64,000 nucleotides of DNA from Octopus vulgaris. Its lineage: Eukaryota. The notes under the pieces were generated by a model, which saw only the letters and a program-made list of their open reading frames with translations, was not told the DNA's origin and did not search any database. Positions within the stretch are counted from its first letter, which is position 1. Each line of letters starts with the position of its first letter. Shown piece after piece: positions 11,856-21,505 of this stretch. A program made the position numbers and the translations under genes. The stretch covers positions 10,230,001-10,294,000 of the forward strand of contig OX597827.1 of assembly GCA_951406725.2 (NCBI GenBank). The letters are read 5' to 3'.

Positions 11856-12216
11856 GTTTAACGTCCGCTTTCCATGCTGGCATGGGTTGGACGGTTCAGC
11901 TGGGGTCTGGGAAGCCAGAAGGCTGCACCAGGCCCAGTCTGATCTGGCAGTGTTTCTACAGCTGGATGGCCTTCCTAACGCCAACCACTCCGTGAGTGTA
12001 GTGGGTGCTTTTTACATGCCACCGGCACAGGTGACAGATGAGGCTGGCAAACGGCCATGATCGGATGGTGCTTTTTACGTGCCACCGGCACGGGGACCAG
12101 ACGAAGCTGGCAAACGGCCATGATCAGATGGTGCTTTTTACGTGCCACCGGCATGGATGCCAGTCAGGCGGTGCTGGCAACGGCCACATTCGGATGGTTC
12201 TCTTATGTGCCACCGG
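11823..12216 (-). mobile_element. Family A repeat copy with four internal subrepeats
   Basis: (ATC)n tail and repeated GGTGCTTTTTACGTGCCACCGGCA units. Confidence 0.9.
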
Positions 12217-12259
12217 AAAATAGGACAAGCTCTATATAGAATATATATAGGATATATAT

Positions 12260-12655
12260 AGGAGTGGCTGTGTGGTAAGTAGCTTGCTAACCATCTACAT
12301 GGTTCCGGGTTCAGTCCCACTGTATGGCACCTAGGGCAAGTGTCTTCTACTATAGTCTCGGGCTGACCAAAGCCTTGTGACTGGATTTGGTAGACGGAAA
12401 CTGAAAGAAGCCCGTCGTATATATGTATATATATATGTGTGTGTGTGTGTTTGTGCGTCTGTGTTTGTCCCCCTAGCATTGCTTGACAACTGATGCTGGT
12501 GTGTTTATGTCCCCGTTACTTAGCGGTTCGGCAAAAGAGACCGATAGAATAAGTACTGGGCTTACAAAAGAATAAGTCCCAGGTCGAGTTGCTCGATTAA
12601 AAGGCGGTGCTCCAGCATGGCTGCAGTCAAATGACTGAAACAAGTAAAAGAGTAA
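12260..12655 (+). mobile_element. Family B SINE
   Basis: Closely matches 10256-10670 and 52768-53175. Confidence 0.92.
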
Positions 12656-13367
12656 TTACATAAATTTGGTCTTAAATTGCATAACTTTTGGGGTTAATTA
12701 AATAATCTCTGATCTCATTTTTGAACAATGAAACTTACTCTATTCGAACAATTAACAGTAAGAAAAGTATTTAATTGCTAATTTAAAAACAAATTTTAAA
12801 TTACTACTACAAGTAAACCACCTTACTTTTGCAGCAGTAATATTTTCCCACCCTCAGAAAGATTGTGCTGGGTTGTAGACGACTTGGAATAATCGTCAGA
12901 GAGAGACAACTGCTGCACTTCTCCCAGACTGTGTCACTCAACTGAAGTGGCCACCACAAGGATGTTATGGATATACAAGAACAGAATGGATAGTTTAGGA
13001 AATTCGTGATAGTTAGATTTTTACACTGAAGCCAAACAACATATACCACCATAGAGACGAGTGCAGAGAGTTGATTCTAGATTTACACAATATACTACAA
13101 TATGACAAAAAATGCAATGATGTCCAGTGTGTTGTTCTGCAAGTCATACCCAGGTATTTGATAAGCTGCTTATATGCCACTATGCTGCTCAACCAGGGCT
13201 AACCGAGAGCTACAAATAATGATTACAGCTCTACCCATGCAAACATATAATGAACAAAATCAATATACAAAACTGAGATTAGTAAGATTTGAACTCAGAA
13301 TATGAAGGGCCATAACTATATAATTCCATATATTTTGTCTGACACTCTAAATATAAGAGAGAGATTG

Positions 13368-13580
13368 AGGCAGCAAGCTGGCAGAAATGTTAGCATGCCA
13401 GGAAAAATGCTTAGTGGCATTTCATCCTTCTTAACATTCTGTGTTTGAATTCTGCTGAGGTTGACTTTGCCTTTCACTCCTTTGGGGTCAATAGAATAAA
13501 TACCAGTTGAGGATTGGGGTCAATGTAATCGATTTACATTTCTCTTGAAGTCCCCTGTGCCAAAATTTGAAACCAATATA
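13368..13580 (+). mobile_element. Family D SINE, diverged
   Basis: GGCAGCAAGCTGGCAGAAATGTTAGC...GACTTTGCCTTTCACTCCTTTGGGGTC...TACCAGTT. Confidence 0.8.
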
Positions 13581-14013
13581 AGAAAGATTAAAATAACCTT
13601 AAATGCATTCCGAAGGGAATGAAACAATAAGGGGAGATTATTATAAAAATGATTCAGAATATGATAAGATATATAGTTAATTTTCCTCTTAAAATGTTGT
13701 TGAACAAAATGTCTCATTTTGTGCAGAATTTTATAAAAGAATGGAAATGATAGAGAGGTTAAGATTCCTTATGTGTTCATCATGTTATGAGATATTAAAG
13801 CAATTAAAGGTTGTCATTGATGTATCACACAAGAAAAGAAGACATTGAAATTGTTCTGATGTTGTTGTTTAGATCTAATCTGGCTGATCTATCATTAAAG
13901 ATGTTTCATCCATGATAGTACTATCTTTTATTCGGATATGATATATAGGACATGAGTAGAAAAAAGTCATACAAATAAAATAGAATTATGAAAGAAGGAG
14001 GAGACAAACTAAC

Positions 14014-14499
14014 AAATAGGGCATCGTGTCAGGGAAGCAAAATTGGACATGGTGTCAAGGAAGCAAAATAGGACATGGTGTCAAGGAAGCAAAAATATGA
14101 CTGAAAACTATCTTTTCTATCAAATAGGGCATCGTGTCAAGGAAGAAAAAATAGGACATGGTGTCAAGGAAGCAAAATAGGACATGGTGTCAAGGAAGTA
14201 AAAGTATGACATGGTGTCAAGGAAGCAAAATAGGACATGGTGTCAAGGAAGCAAAAATATGACATGGTGTCAAGGAAGCAAAATAGGACATGATGTCAAG
14301 GAAGCAAAAATATAACTGAAAACTATATTTTCTATCAAATAGGGCATCGTGTCAAGGAAGCAAAAATAGGACATGGTGTCAAGGAAGCAAAAATATGACA
14401 TGGTCTCAAGGAAGCAAAAATATGACATGGTGTCAAGGAAGCAAAATAGGACATAACGTCAAGGAAGCAAAAATATGACTGTAAACTATATTTTCTATC
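14014..14499. repeat. Minisatellite with 26-27 bp unit GGACATGGTGTCAAGGAAGCAAAATA, 15 units in three higher-order blocks
   Basis: Blocks of 3, 7 and 5 units, each opening with AAATAGGGCATCGTGTCA and closing with a TGACTGAAAACTATATTTTCTATC-like segment. Confidence 0.93.
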
Positions 14500-14617
14500 A
14501 ATGTTTTTTTTCTTTTAATGTAAATTCATAACTGCCATATAATGGCTTGATTGATTCGTTAAGTTGAGTGACTCTAAAGATTCAACCAAGTTATACACTA
14601 TTATGAATTTATACCAC

Positions 14618-15152
14618 ATGGATTACTCTGCAAAGAATATACCTACACTACCAAATAAACTATATCTCAGGGTACTACTTGAGTAAGTTGAAGATCTCAT
14701 GAAACAGATGAGATGGAAAGCATTATATTTTGATTCCAGATTATCTCCCTCATATAGAGAACATAATGATTTAAAAACACGTAACTCCACCCCCTATTGT
14801 TAAAGATTTAGTCCCCTTTGAGTCTGATCTCCTTCAGTTACAAATATTAGATTTCATAAGAACCATAACTCCTTTCAAACTTAAATGAAATCTGATATTA
14901 AAAACTTTAGAAGTTCTTAAAAAGAAATTCGTATTTTCTGAGAAGACTAATAATCGTTATGAAGTTACTAATGATTTAAATGACAAGTTGCTTAAAAACA
15001 CCATGTTCTCTAAATATAAGAAACCTAATGTAGAGAGATATTATGATATCAAAAAGTGAAGCTAAATTCCTCGCTAAACATGCTAATGTCCATGATAGAT
15101 TAGAATGCTTAGCTATGAGAGAGGCCTTTATTACATTAAAAGACCATAAGCC
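14618..15152 (+). pseudogene. Penelope-like retroelement ORF relic (region N-terminal to and entering RT)
   Basis: Manual translation gives MDYSAKNIPTLPNKLYLRVLLE*VEDLMKQMRWKALYFD...DRLECLAMREAFITLKDHKP. The YSxKNIP, RWKA and EAFITLKDHK motifs are recalled from Penelope-like element proteins; stops and frameshifts present. Confidence 0.75.
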
Positions 15153-15170
15153 TATATATATATAGATATA

Positions 15171-16225
15171 TCATCATCCTGTAACATCTGGTCTCCATGC
15201 TAGCATGTGTTGTATGGCTAGCAGGAAGCTGTCCGGACTCAAACTGTCTATTGTGGCATGGTTTTTATGGCTGGATACACTTCGTTATGCCAGCCACTTA
15301 ACAGACAGTACTGGGTGCTTTTTATGCTTCACTGTCATGGGTGTGTTTATGTAGCACCGGCATGAATGCTCTTAATTGGTACCAGCATCTGAAAGACAAG
15401 CCTGTTCTTGTAGAAGACAGTGATTTTACTTAGCTTGACTTGTCTTATCAAGTAGCAGCAAATTGCTACATCGCCTGGTCCCTTCTCATTTCCTCACTGA
15501 AGCCTAGCGTCCAAAGATACTTTCTTACCAATTCATCCCACATTTTCCTGGATCTACCCCTTCCACAGGTACCCTTCACAATTAGAACTCAGCACATCAT
15601 TATGCAGCTGTCCTCATCCATACACATCATATGACCAAACCCACATAGTCCTCTCTATTGCACACAACATCTGATGTCTCTCATACCCAGTTTTCATCTT
15701 AGATCATTTACACTCTATCGTGCATGCACACTGACATTACCCATCCAGTGGTGTATGCTAGCTTCATTTCTTTCAAGCCTTCAAAAGTCCTTTGTAAACA
15801 AAGCCCATGTTTCACTAACATGTAACATAGCTGTACAAACTTCATACAATCTGCCTTTCACTCTGAGGGAGAGGCCCTCAGTAACCAACAAAGGTAGAAT
15901 CTTTCTGAATGTCACCCAGCCTGTTCCTATTCTAGAAATGATACTTTCAGAACTTCCTCCCTCACAGATAACTTAGTCCTCCAGGTAACAGAAGCAGTCT
16001 ACTACTACTTCTAATGATCCCCCTAAGCATTTGAGGGAGCCTGTTGCCTGCATATTTTTAGTGTTTATTGCACCTGGACATTTGCCACACACAAAGACTA
16101 TATTCTCAATTAACCTTCTTTCGATACCACTACACCTTTTATATGTCCATAGGTTGCACTGGATACAACATATGGAGTATCTACCAACACCCTTCTTACA
16201 TATCAAGCAGGGCCATGTACATGTA
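15171..16225 (-). mobile_element. Decayed RTE-clade LINE 3' portion (C-terminal ORF plus Family A-like 3' UTR)
   Basis: ORF 15973-16302: PCLICKKGVGRYSICCIQCNLWTYKRCSG...FVCGKC...LEVVVDCFCYLED, followed by degenerate RIGTGW..F, KGRLYE, ETWAL, LERNEAS and GRGRSRKMWDE motifs. Ends in a Family A-like segment and an ATC remnant. Confidence 0.85.
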
Positions 16226-16539
16226 TGTACACTGGTGAAAATAAATTTAAGACAGATGATACAAGTTCTATTCCTCACAAAATATTTTGTTACTAACACC
16301 ATACAAATTATTTTCCTCTTTTACACCTTATGCAGAATTTATTTCTCTTTTGGATGATGCAGACAATAACTATTTTTATACAACTTGAAGAATTCTAATG
16401 CTAAATTAATGTAAATGTTTCATATTTACCGGCAAAATTAGTTTAAGACTGTATCGTTATAATTTTATTTAAAGCTTAAGAGTGTAACAAAAATGAGCAA
16501 TAAGAACAAAATACATATTAGTACTTTGTGCCATAGCCT

Positions 16540-17350
16540 TTATTCTTAATAACAGCTGAACAATGTCTCAGTATTGAATTTACTAAGTGATTACAAAATT
16601 CTATTGGAATGTTTTGCCATATTTCATTGATATAATCGAATAATTGTTTTAGATTAGATGCTTTTTAGAATGGACATTTTGGAAACATAATTCCACAAGT
16701 TCTCGATCAGATTCAGGTCCGGGCTCTGGGGATGCCATTCAATTATGTCAATATTATGGTGATCAAAATATTCCATAACCTTTTTGGCTTTGTGCACAGA
16801 ACTATTGTCCTGCTGATAAATAGCCCCAGGAGGCATTTGGTGAGTCAAATATGGCACAACATTATCCTTTAGTAGATTCATATAACCTACACTATTTAAC
16901 TTTCCATCAACTTAAACTAGAGGGCCAACACCAAAGCTACTAAATGTCACCCACACCATCACCCCCACCACCCGCTTGCGCCGTTTTTTCATGCATTTCG
17001 GATAGAATTCCTCAGTTGGGCAATGTCTGATGCATGTTTTACCATCTGATCCAAATATACAGAAACGTGACTCGTCACTCCAAAGGAACCTGCACCAATC
17101 TTCAGCAGTCCATTGAGAATGGCTTTTTGTGAAATTAAAGCATTTGAGTTAATTTCTTTCAGATATTATTGGCTTTTTCCTAGCAATTCGTCCATGTAGT
17201 CCAAATTCTCTCAAATGGTTGCAGATGGTTTCTGGTGTAAAAATAACACCATTCTTGTTGGACAATTGTTTACAAATGTCAACGGCTGTCAGCATTTGGT
17301 TCCCTTCTGAAAGTCGGTGGATTTGACGGTCCAACTGCGCTGTCCTTTTT
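16540..17350 (-). pseudogene. Tc1-family (DD34E) transposase relic
   Basis: GLHGRIARKKP, WSDESRF, VMVW and QQDNSSVH...WHPQSPDLNLIENLW; 34 residues between the second D and E; in-frame stops; N-terminus missing. Confidence 0.92.
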
Positions 17351-17367
17351 CTTTTGTCCTTTGTGTG

Positions 17368-17474
17368 TGTATAATATAGATAAATAAGCAAATGGAGTTA
17401 AATGCAGGTGTTGTTCAAAGAATTTGAATAACACCTGCATTTAACTCTATTTATTCATTTATCTATATAATACA
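17368..17474. repeat. Imperfect palindrome, 52-bp arms with 3-nt loop
   Basis: TGTATAATATAGATAAAT...GGTGTTGTTCAAA gaa TTTGAATAACACC...ATTTATCTATATAATACA. Confidence 0.9.
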
Positions 17475-17632
17475 AAACAGTTCACCTAAACCTGGAGTTT
17501 CTAACTTTATAAATAGTTTGTTACATCCTTGTTACTTGTATGAATTTTTGCTGCCCCGGTAACTGTTTATTTATTTTTCCATGTTATTTGTAAACACTGG
17601 AAAAAACACACATACAGTTATATATAGTATAT

Positions 17633-17697
<65 letters not shown>

Positions 17698-17698
<1 letters not shown>

Positions 17699-18090
17699 TC
17701 TTTCTCTTTTCTCTTTTACTTGTTTCAGTCATGTTACTGTGGCCATGCTGGAGCACCACCTTCAGTCGATCAAATCGACCCCAGGACTTATTCTTTGTAA
17801 GCCTAGTACTTATTTTATCGGTCTCTTTTTTGCTGAACCACACAGTTACATGGATGTAAACACACCAGCATCGGTTGTCAAGCGATGTTGGGGGGACAAA
17901 CACAGACACGCAAACATGCACATACATATATGTATATATACATATATACGACGGGCTTCTTTCAGTTTCCGTCTACTAAATCCACTCACAAGGCTATAGT
18001 AGAAGACACTTACCCAAGGTGCCACACAGTGGGACTGAACCCAGAACCATGTGGTTCGTAAGCAAGCTATTTACCACACAGCCACTCCTA
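17698..18090 (-). mobile_element. Family B SINE
   Basis: Matches the Family B consensus; a partial plus-strand copy follows at about 18140-18295. Confidence 0.9.
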
Positions 18091-18407
18091 CGAAAAATTA
18101 TACAAACAATATACACACACATATATATACATGTATGTATTTGTGTGTCTGTGTTCGTCAACCCACCATCACGTGACACCGATGTTGGTGTGTTTACATC
18201 CTCATAATTTAAAGGTTCACCGAAAGAGACCGATAGAATATGTACTAGGCTTACAAAGAATAATTTCTGGGGTCAATTTGTTTGACTAAAGGTGGTGTAC
18301 ATATATATATACATATGTGTATATATATATATATATATATCTATATATCTATATATATATATACATACACACACATATATATATACATATATTTATATAT
18401 GTATAAT

Positions 18408-19650
18408 AGAATAAGAATAGGATGGAAAAAGTTCAGTTTTACCCTGTTGGCAATCTGGTCTCCCTCTTGAAATGAAAGGAAGATTGTATGATGCATACAT
18501 ATGTACTGCGATGCTGCATTGTAGTGGGATATGGGTCCTGAATGCAGAAGACAAGCAAAGGTTGGAGAGGAATGAAGCTGGAATCCTCTGTTGTACGTGC
18601 AATGTCAGTCTGCATTGGTGTACCAAGAGATAAGCTGGGCATGAGGTGGAAGTATGTGTAATGTGCAAGAGAGGAGACTGCATTGGTTTGGTTATCTGAT
18701 GTGGATGGAATGAAGAGAGTTGCATAAAGAAGTGCTGATCACTTAATTAAAGTGTAGGGATGCTGTGGAAGAGGGAGACCTAGAAAGACTTTGAATGAAG
18801 TCATCATCATCATCATCATCATCGTTTAACGTCCGTTCTCCATGCTAGCATGGTTTGGACGGTTCGACCAGGGATCTGGGAAGCCAGAAGGCTGCCCCAG
18901 GCTCCAGTCTTATCTGGCAATGTTTCTACAGCTGGATGCCCTTCATAACGCCAACCACTCCACGAGTGTAGTGGGTGCTTTTTACGTGCCACCCGCACAG
19001 GTGCCAGGCAAGGCTGGCAACGGCCACAATCGGATTGGTGCATTTTACGTGCCACCAGCACGGAAGCCAGTCGAGGCGGCACTGGCTTCGGCCACGATTC
19101 GGATGGTGCTTTTTACGTGCCACCGGCACGGAAGCCAGTCGAGGCGGCGCTGGCATCGGCCACGATTCAGATAGTGCTTTTTACATACCACCAGTCCAGG
19201 GGTCCTGGCATCTGCCGGGTGCCAGTCATAGGATTGGTTCAATTTCGATTTCGATTTTGATTTCACTTGCCCCAACAGGTCTTCGCAAGCAAAAGGGGTT
19301 GGCATTGAAGACAAATCTTAAAATGCTGACCTTACAAACGAGGTGACAGAGGGCCAAGATTGCTGTTCAAGAGAAGATCCATCCGCCACAACAGAATTGT
19401 GATCTGAAAACCAAGGTGCCACATAAAAAGTATTGGTGTTGGTGCTGGTGCCCTGTAAAATGCACCTAGTGCACTCTGTAAAGTAGTTGGTGTTAGGAAG
19501 GGCATCCAGCCATAGAAACCGGGCCAAACAGACTATAGACCCTGGTGTGAACCCTGGTCTTGCTAGTTCCTGTCAAGCCATCCAACTCATGCCAGTATGG
19601 AAAACAGAAGTTCAATGTTAATGATGATGATAATGATAATGATGATGATG
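18408..19650 (+). mobile_element. Decayed RTE-clade LINE 3' portion interrupted by an antisense Family A copy
   Basis: RIRIGWKKF...GLPLEMKGRLYDAYICTAMLHCSGIWVLNAEDKQRLERNEAGIL...GRGRPRKTLNEV [insert 18802-19302] LKTNLKMLT; continues into GTTGGTGTTAGGAAGGGCATCCAGCC...ATGGAAAAC and a (GAT)n tail. Confidence 0.85.
18802..19302 (-). mobile_element. Family A repeat, longest young copy (four 63-68 bp subrepeats)
   Basis: GGTGC cores at 18974, 19037, 19105 and 19173; (ATC)n tail at 18802. Confidence 0.9.
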
Positions 19651-19732
19651 TTATATATGTTTATATATTGGTGTGCATGTGTGCGTGTGCATGCGAGCGT
19701 GTGAGTGTGTGTATGTATGTATGTATGTAGGT

Positions 19733-20030
19733 GGCACTCCATCGGTTGCGACGACTAGGGTTCCAATTGATCCGATCAACAGAACAGCCTGATCATGAAA
19801 TTAACGTGCAAGTGGCTGAGCACTCCACAGACATGTGTACCATTAACATAGTTCTGAGGGAGACTCAGCGTGACACAGAGTGTGAGAAGGCTGGCCCCTT
19901 TGAAATACAGGTACAACAGAGAAAGGAAGAAAGAGTAAGAGAAAGTTGTGGTGAAAGAGTACAGCACGGTTTGCCAACACCACCTGCCGGAGCCTCATGG
20001 ACCTTTAGGTGTTTTTGCTCAATAAACACT
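19733..20030 (-). mobile_element. Family C SINE lacking its tRNA head
   Basis: Aligns to 5695-5990. Confidence 0.85.
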
Positions 20031-20068
20031 GTATGGATGTGTGTGTAAGTATATATATATATATACAT

Positions 20069-20345
20069 AACAATTGCAGCGTGGAAGGTGTTTATAAGCC
20101 ATTTAAGAAACACACAAAAACCGTTAGATTCACTTCAACATTTAAATTTAATTTGTCAAAATATTTTCAGCGCTTTGAGACCGTGACCTGTTCACTGATG
20201 CAGCACGGAGTTTTGTCAGTGAACAGGTCGCGGTCTCAAAACGACGAAAATATTTTGACAAATTAAATTTAAATGTTGAAGTGAATCTAACGGTTTTTGT
20301 GTGTTTCTTAAATGGCTTATAAACATTTTCCACGCTGCAATTGTT
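20069..20345. repeat. Long inverted repeat (130-bp arms, 17-nt loop), Penelope-like terminal repeat
   Basis: 20069-20198 versus 20216-20345 with about 6 mismatches; starts at a (TA)n tract; contains a hammerhead fold. Confidence 0.9.
20212..20262 (+). ncRNA. Candidate minimal type I hammerhead ribozyme with G3:C8 swapped core
   Basis: TTTGTCA-GTGAACA-G-GTCG(cggtctcaaaa)CGAC-GAA-AATATT-T-TGACAAA: 7-bp stem I, 4-bp stem II, palindromic stem III. Confidence 0.6.
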
Positions 20346-21079
20346 TTTGTTCCTGCACACGATCTCAGATCAGGTCACTTGCTATGCAAGTACATCTCCG
20401 CAATATATATTTATATTGGTAAGATAACAAAAGAAAGAAAGAGACATCAATATTATGTAAATAGAGGAAATTTATCTGTAAAATAATATGTGACGATTAT
20501 TCAATAGCCAAGATAAAACTCTGAGTTTTGGATGCTGAGGTGGAAATCCACAACACCATCTCAACATATATATATATATATATATAAATGAAGAAGAAGA
20601 AAATGATGATATTGAAGTCAATAAGAGTTTATTATCAGCAACAACCTGATCATTATTCCTTATGCACAGAGAAATTAATTAAATATTTAAATCATATTTG
20701 TGAGAATAATCTCTTCAGAGGGAAGAAAATATACTCTAAGATATTTTGTGTGTTTATGTATATATATCCTGTCTGGTTGTACACTCAGTATACATTATAG
20801 GTTTTTTTTACCTGTCGTTTGTTTATTTACAATTCACTTTTTCCTTTATTAAGTAATGGAACAGTGATTCTCCATTCATCGCTATTTGTGATGTATATAT
20901 GTATGTGTGTGTATATATGTGTGTGTGTGTGTATGTATGTGTGTGTGTGAGTATAATATTAATTATCAGGAGATGGATTATTATTATTATATATTTATAT
21001 GTATATATGTATTGACAATTGGTAAGTCACTTAACCCCTTGATTGCCATTGGGGTTCTGCAGGCAAGGAAGCCTGATGG

Positions 21080-21403
21080 AACCCACCCATCTTTCTCCAG
21101 GCTAAACTCATTTCTAAAATTGAGTGAGCAGAAGCAATATGAAATGAAGTGTTTTGCTCAAGAACACAACAGATAGCCCTGTCCAGGGAACAAAACCACC
21201 ATCTTACAGTCATGATTGCAACACCCTAACCACTAAGTGACACACCTCCACTATAGGTACTTATTTCTACAGTTGAGTGGACTGGAGCAATATGAAGTGA
21301 AGTATTTTGCTCAAGAACACAATGCATCACCTGGTCCAGGAATTGAAACCAAAATCCTATTATCATGAGTCCAATACTCTAACCACTAAGCCATGTACCT
21401 CTA
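21080..21403 (-). mobile_element. Two tandem fragments of Family E tRNA-derived SINE
   Basis: Both contain GCAATATGAA.TGAAGT.TTTTGCTCAAGAACACAA...GTCCAGG.A...AAACC...CTAACCACTAAG and match 57098-57345. Confidence 0.75.
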
Positions 21404-21450
21404 CTTATATATATATATATTTTTTTATATATATATATATATATATATAG

Positions 21451-21501
<51 letters not shown>

Positions 21502-21505
<4 letters not shown>

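Noticed and set aside
14014-14499. CRISPR-like array
   Set aside because: Units are directly adjacent with no unique spacers, there are no cas genes and the context is eukaryotic; it is a minisatellite
16425-17566. Paired TIRs for the Tc1 relic
   Set aside because: A TIR-like end at about 17545-17566 has only a very weak counterpart near 16425, so element boundaries were not called
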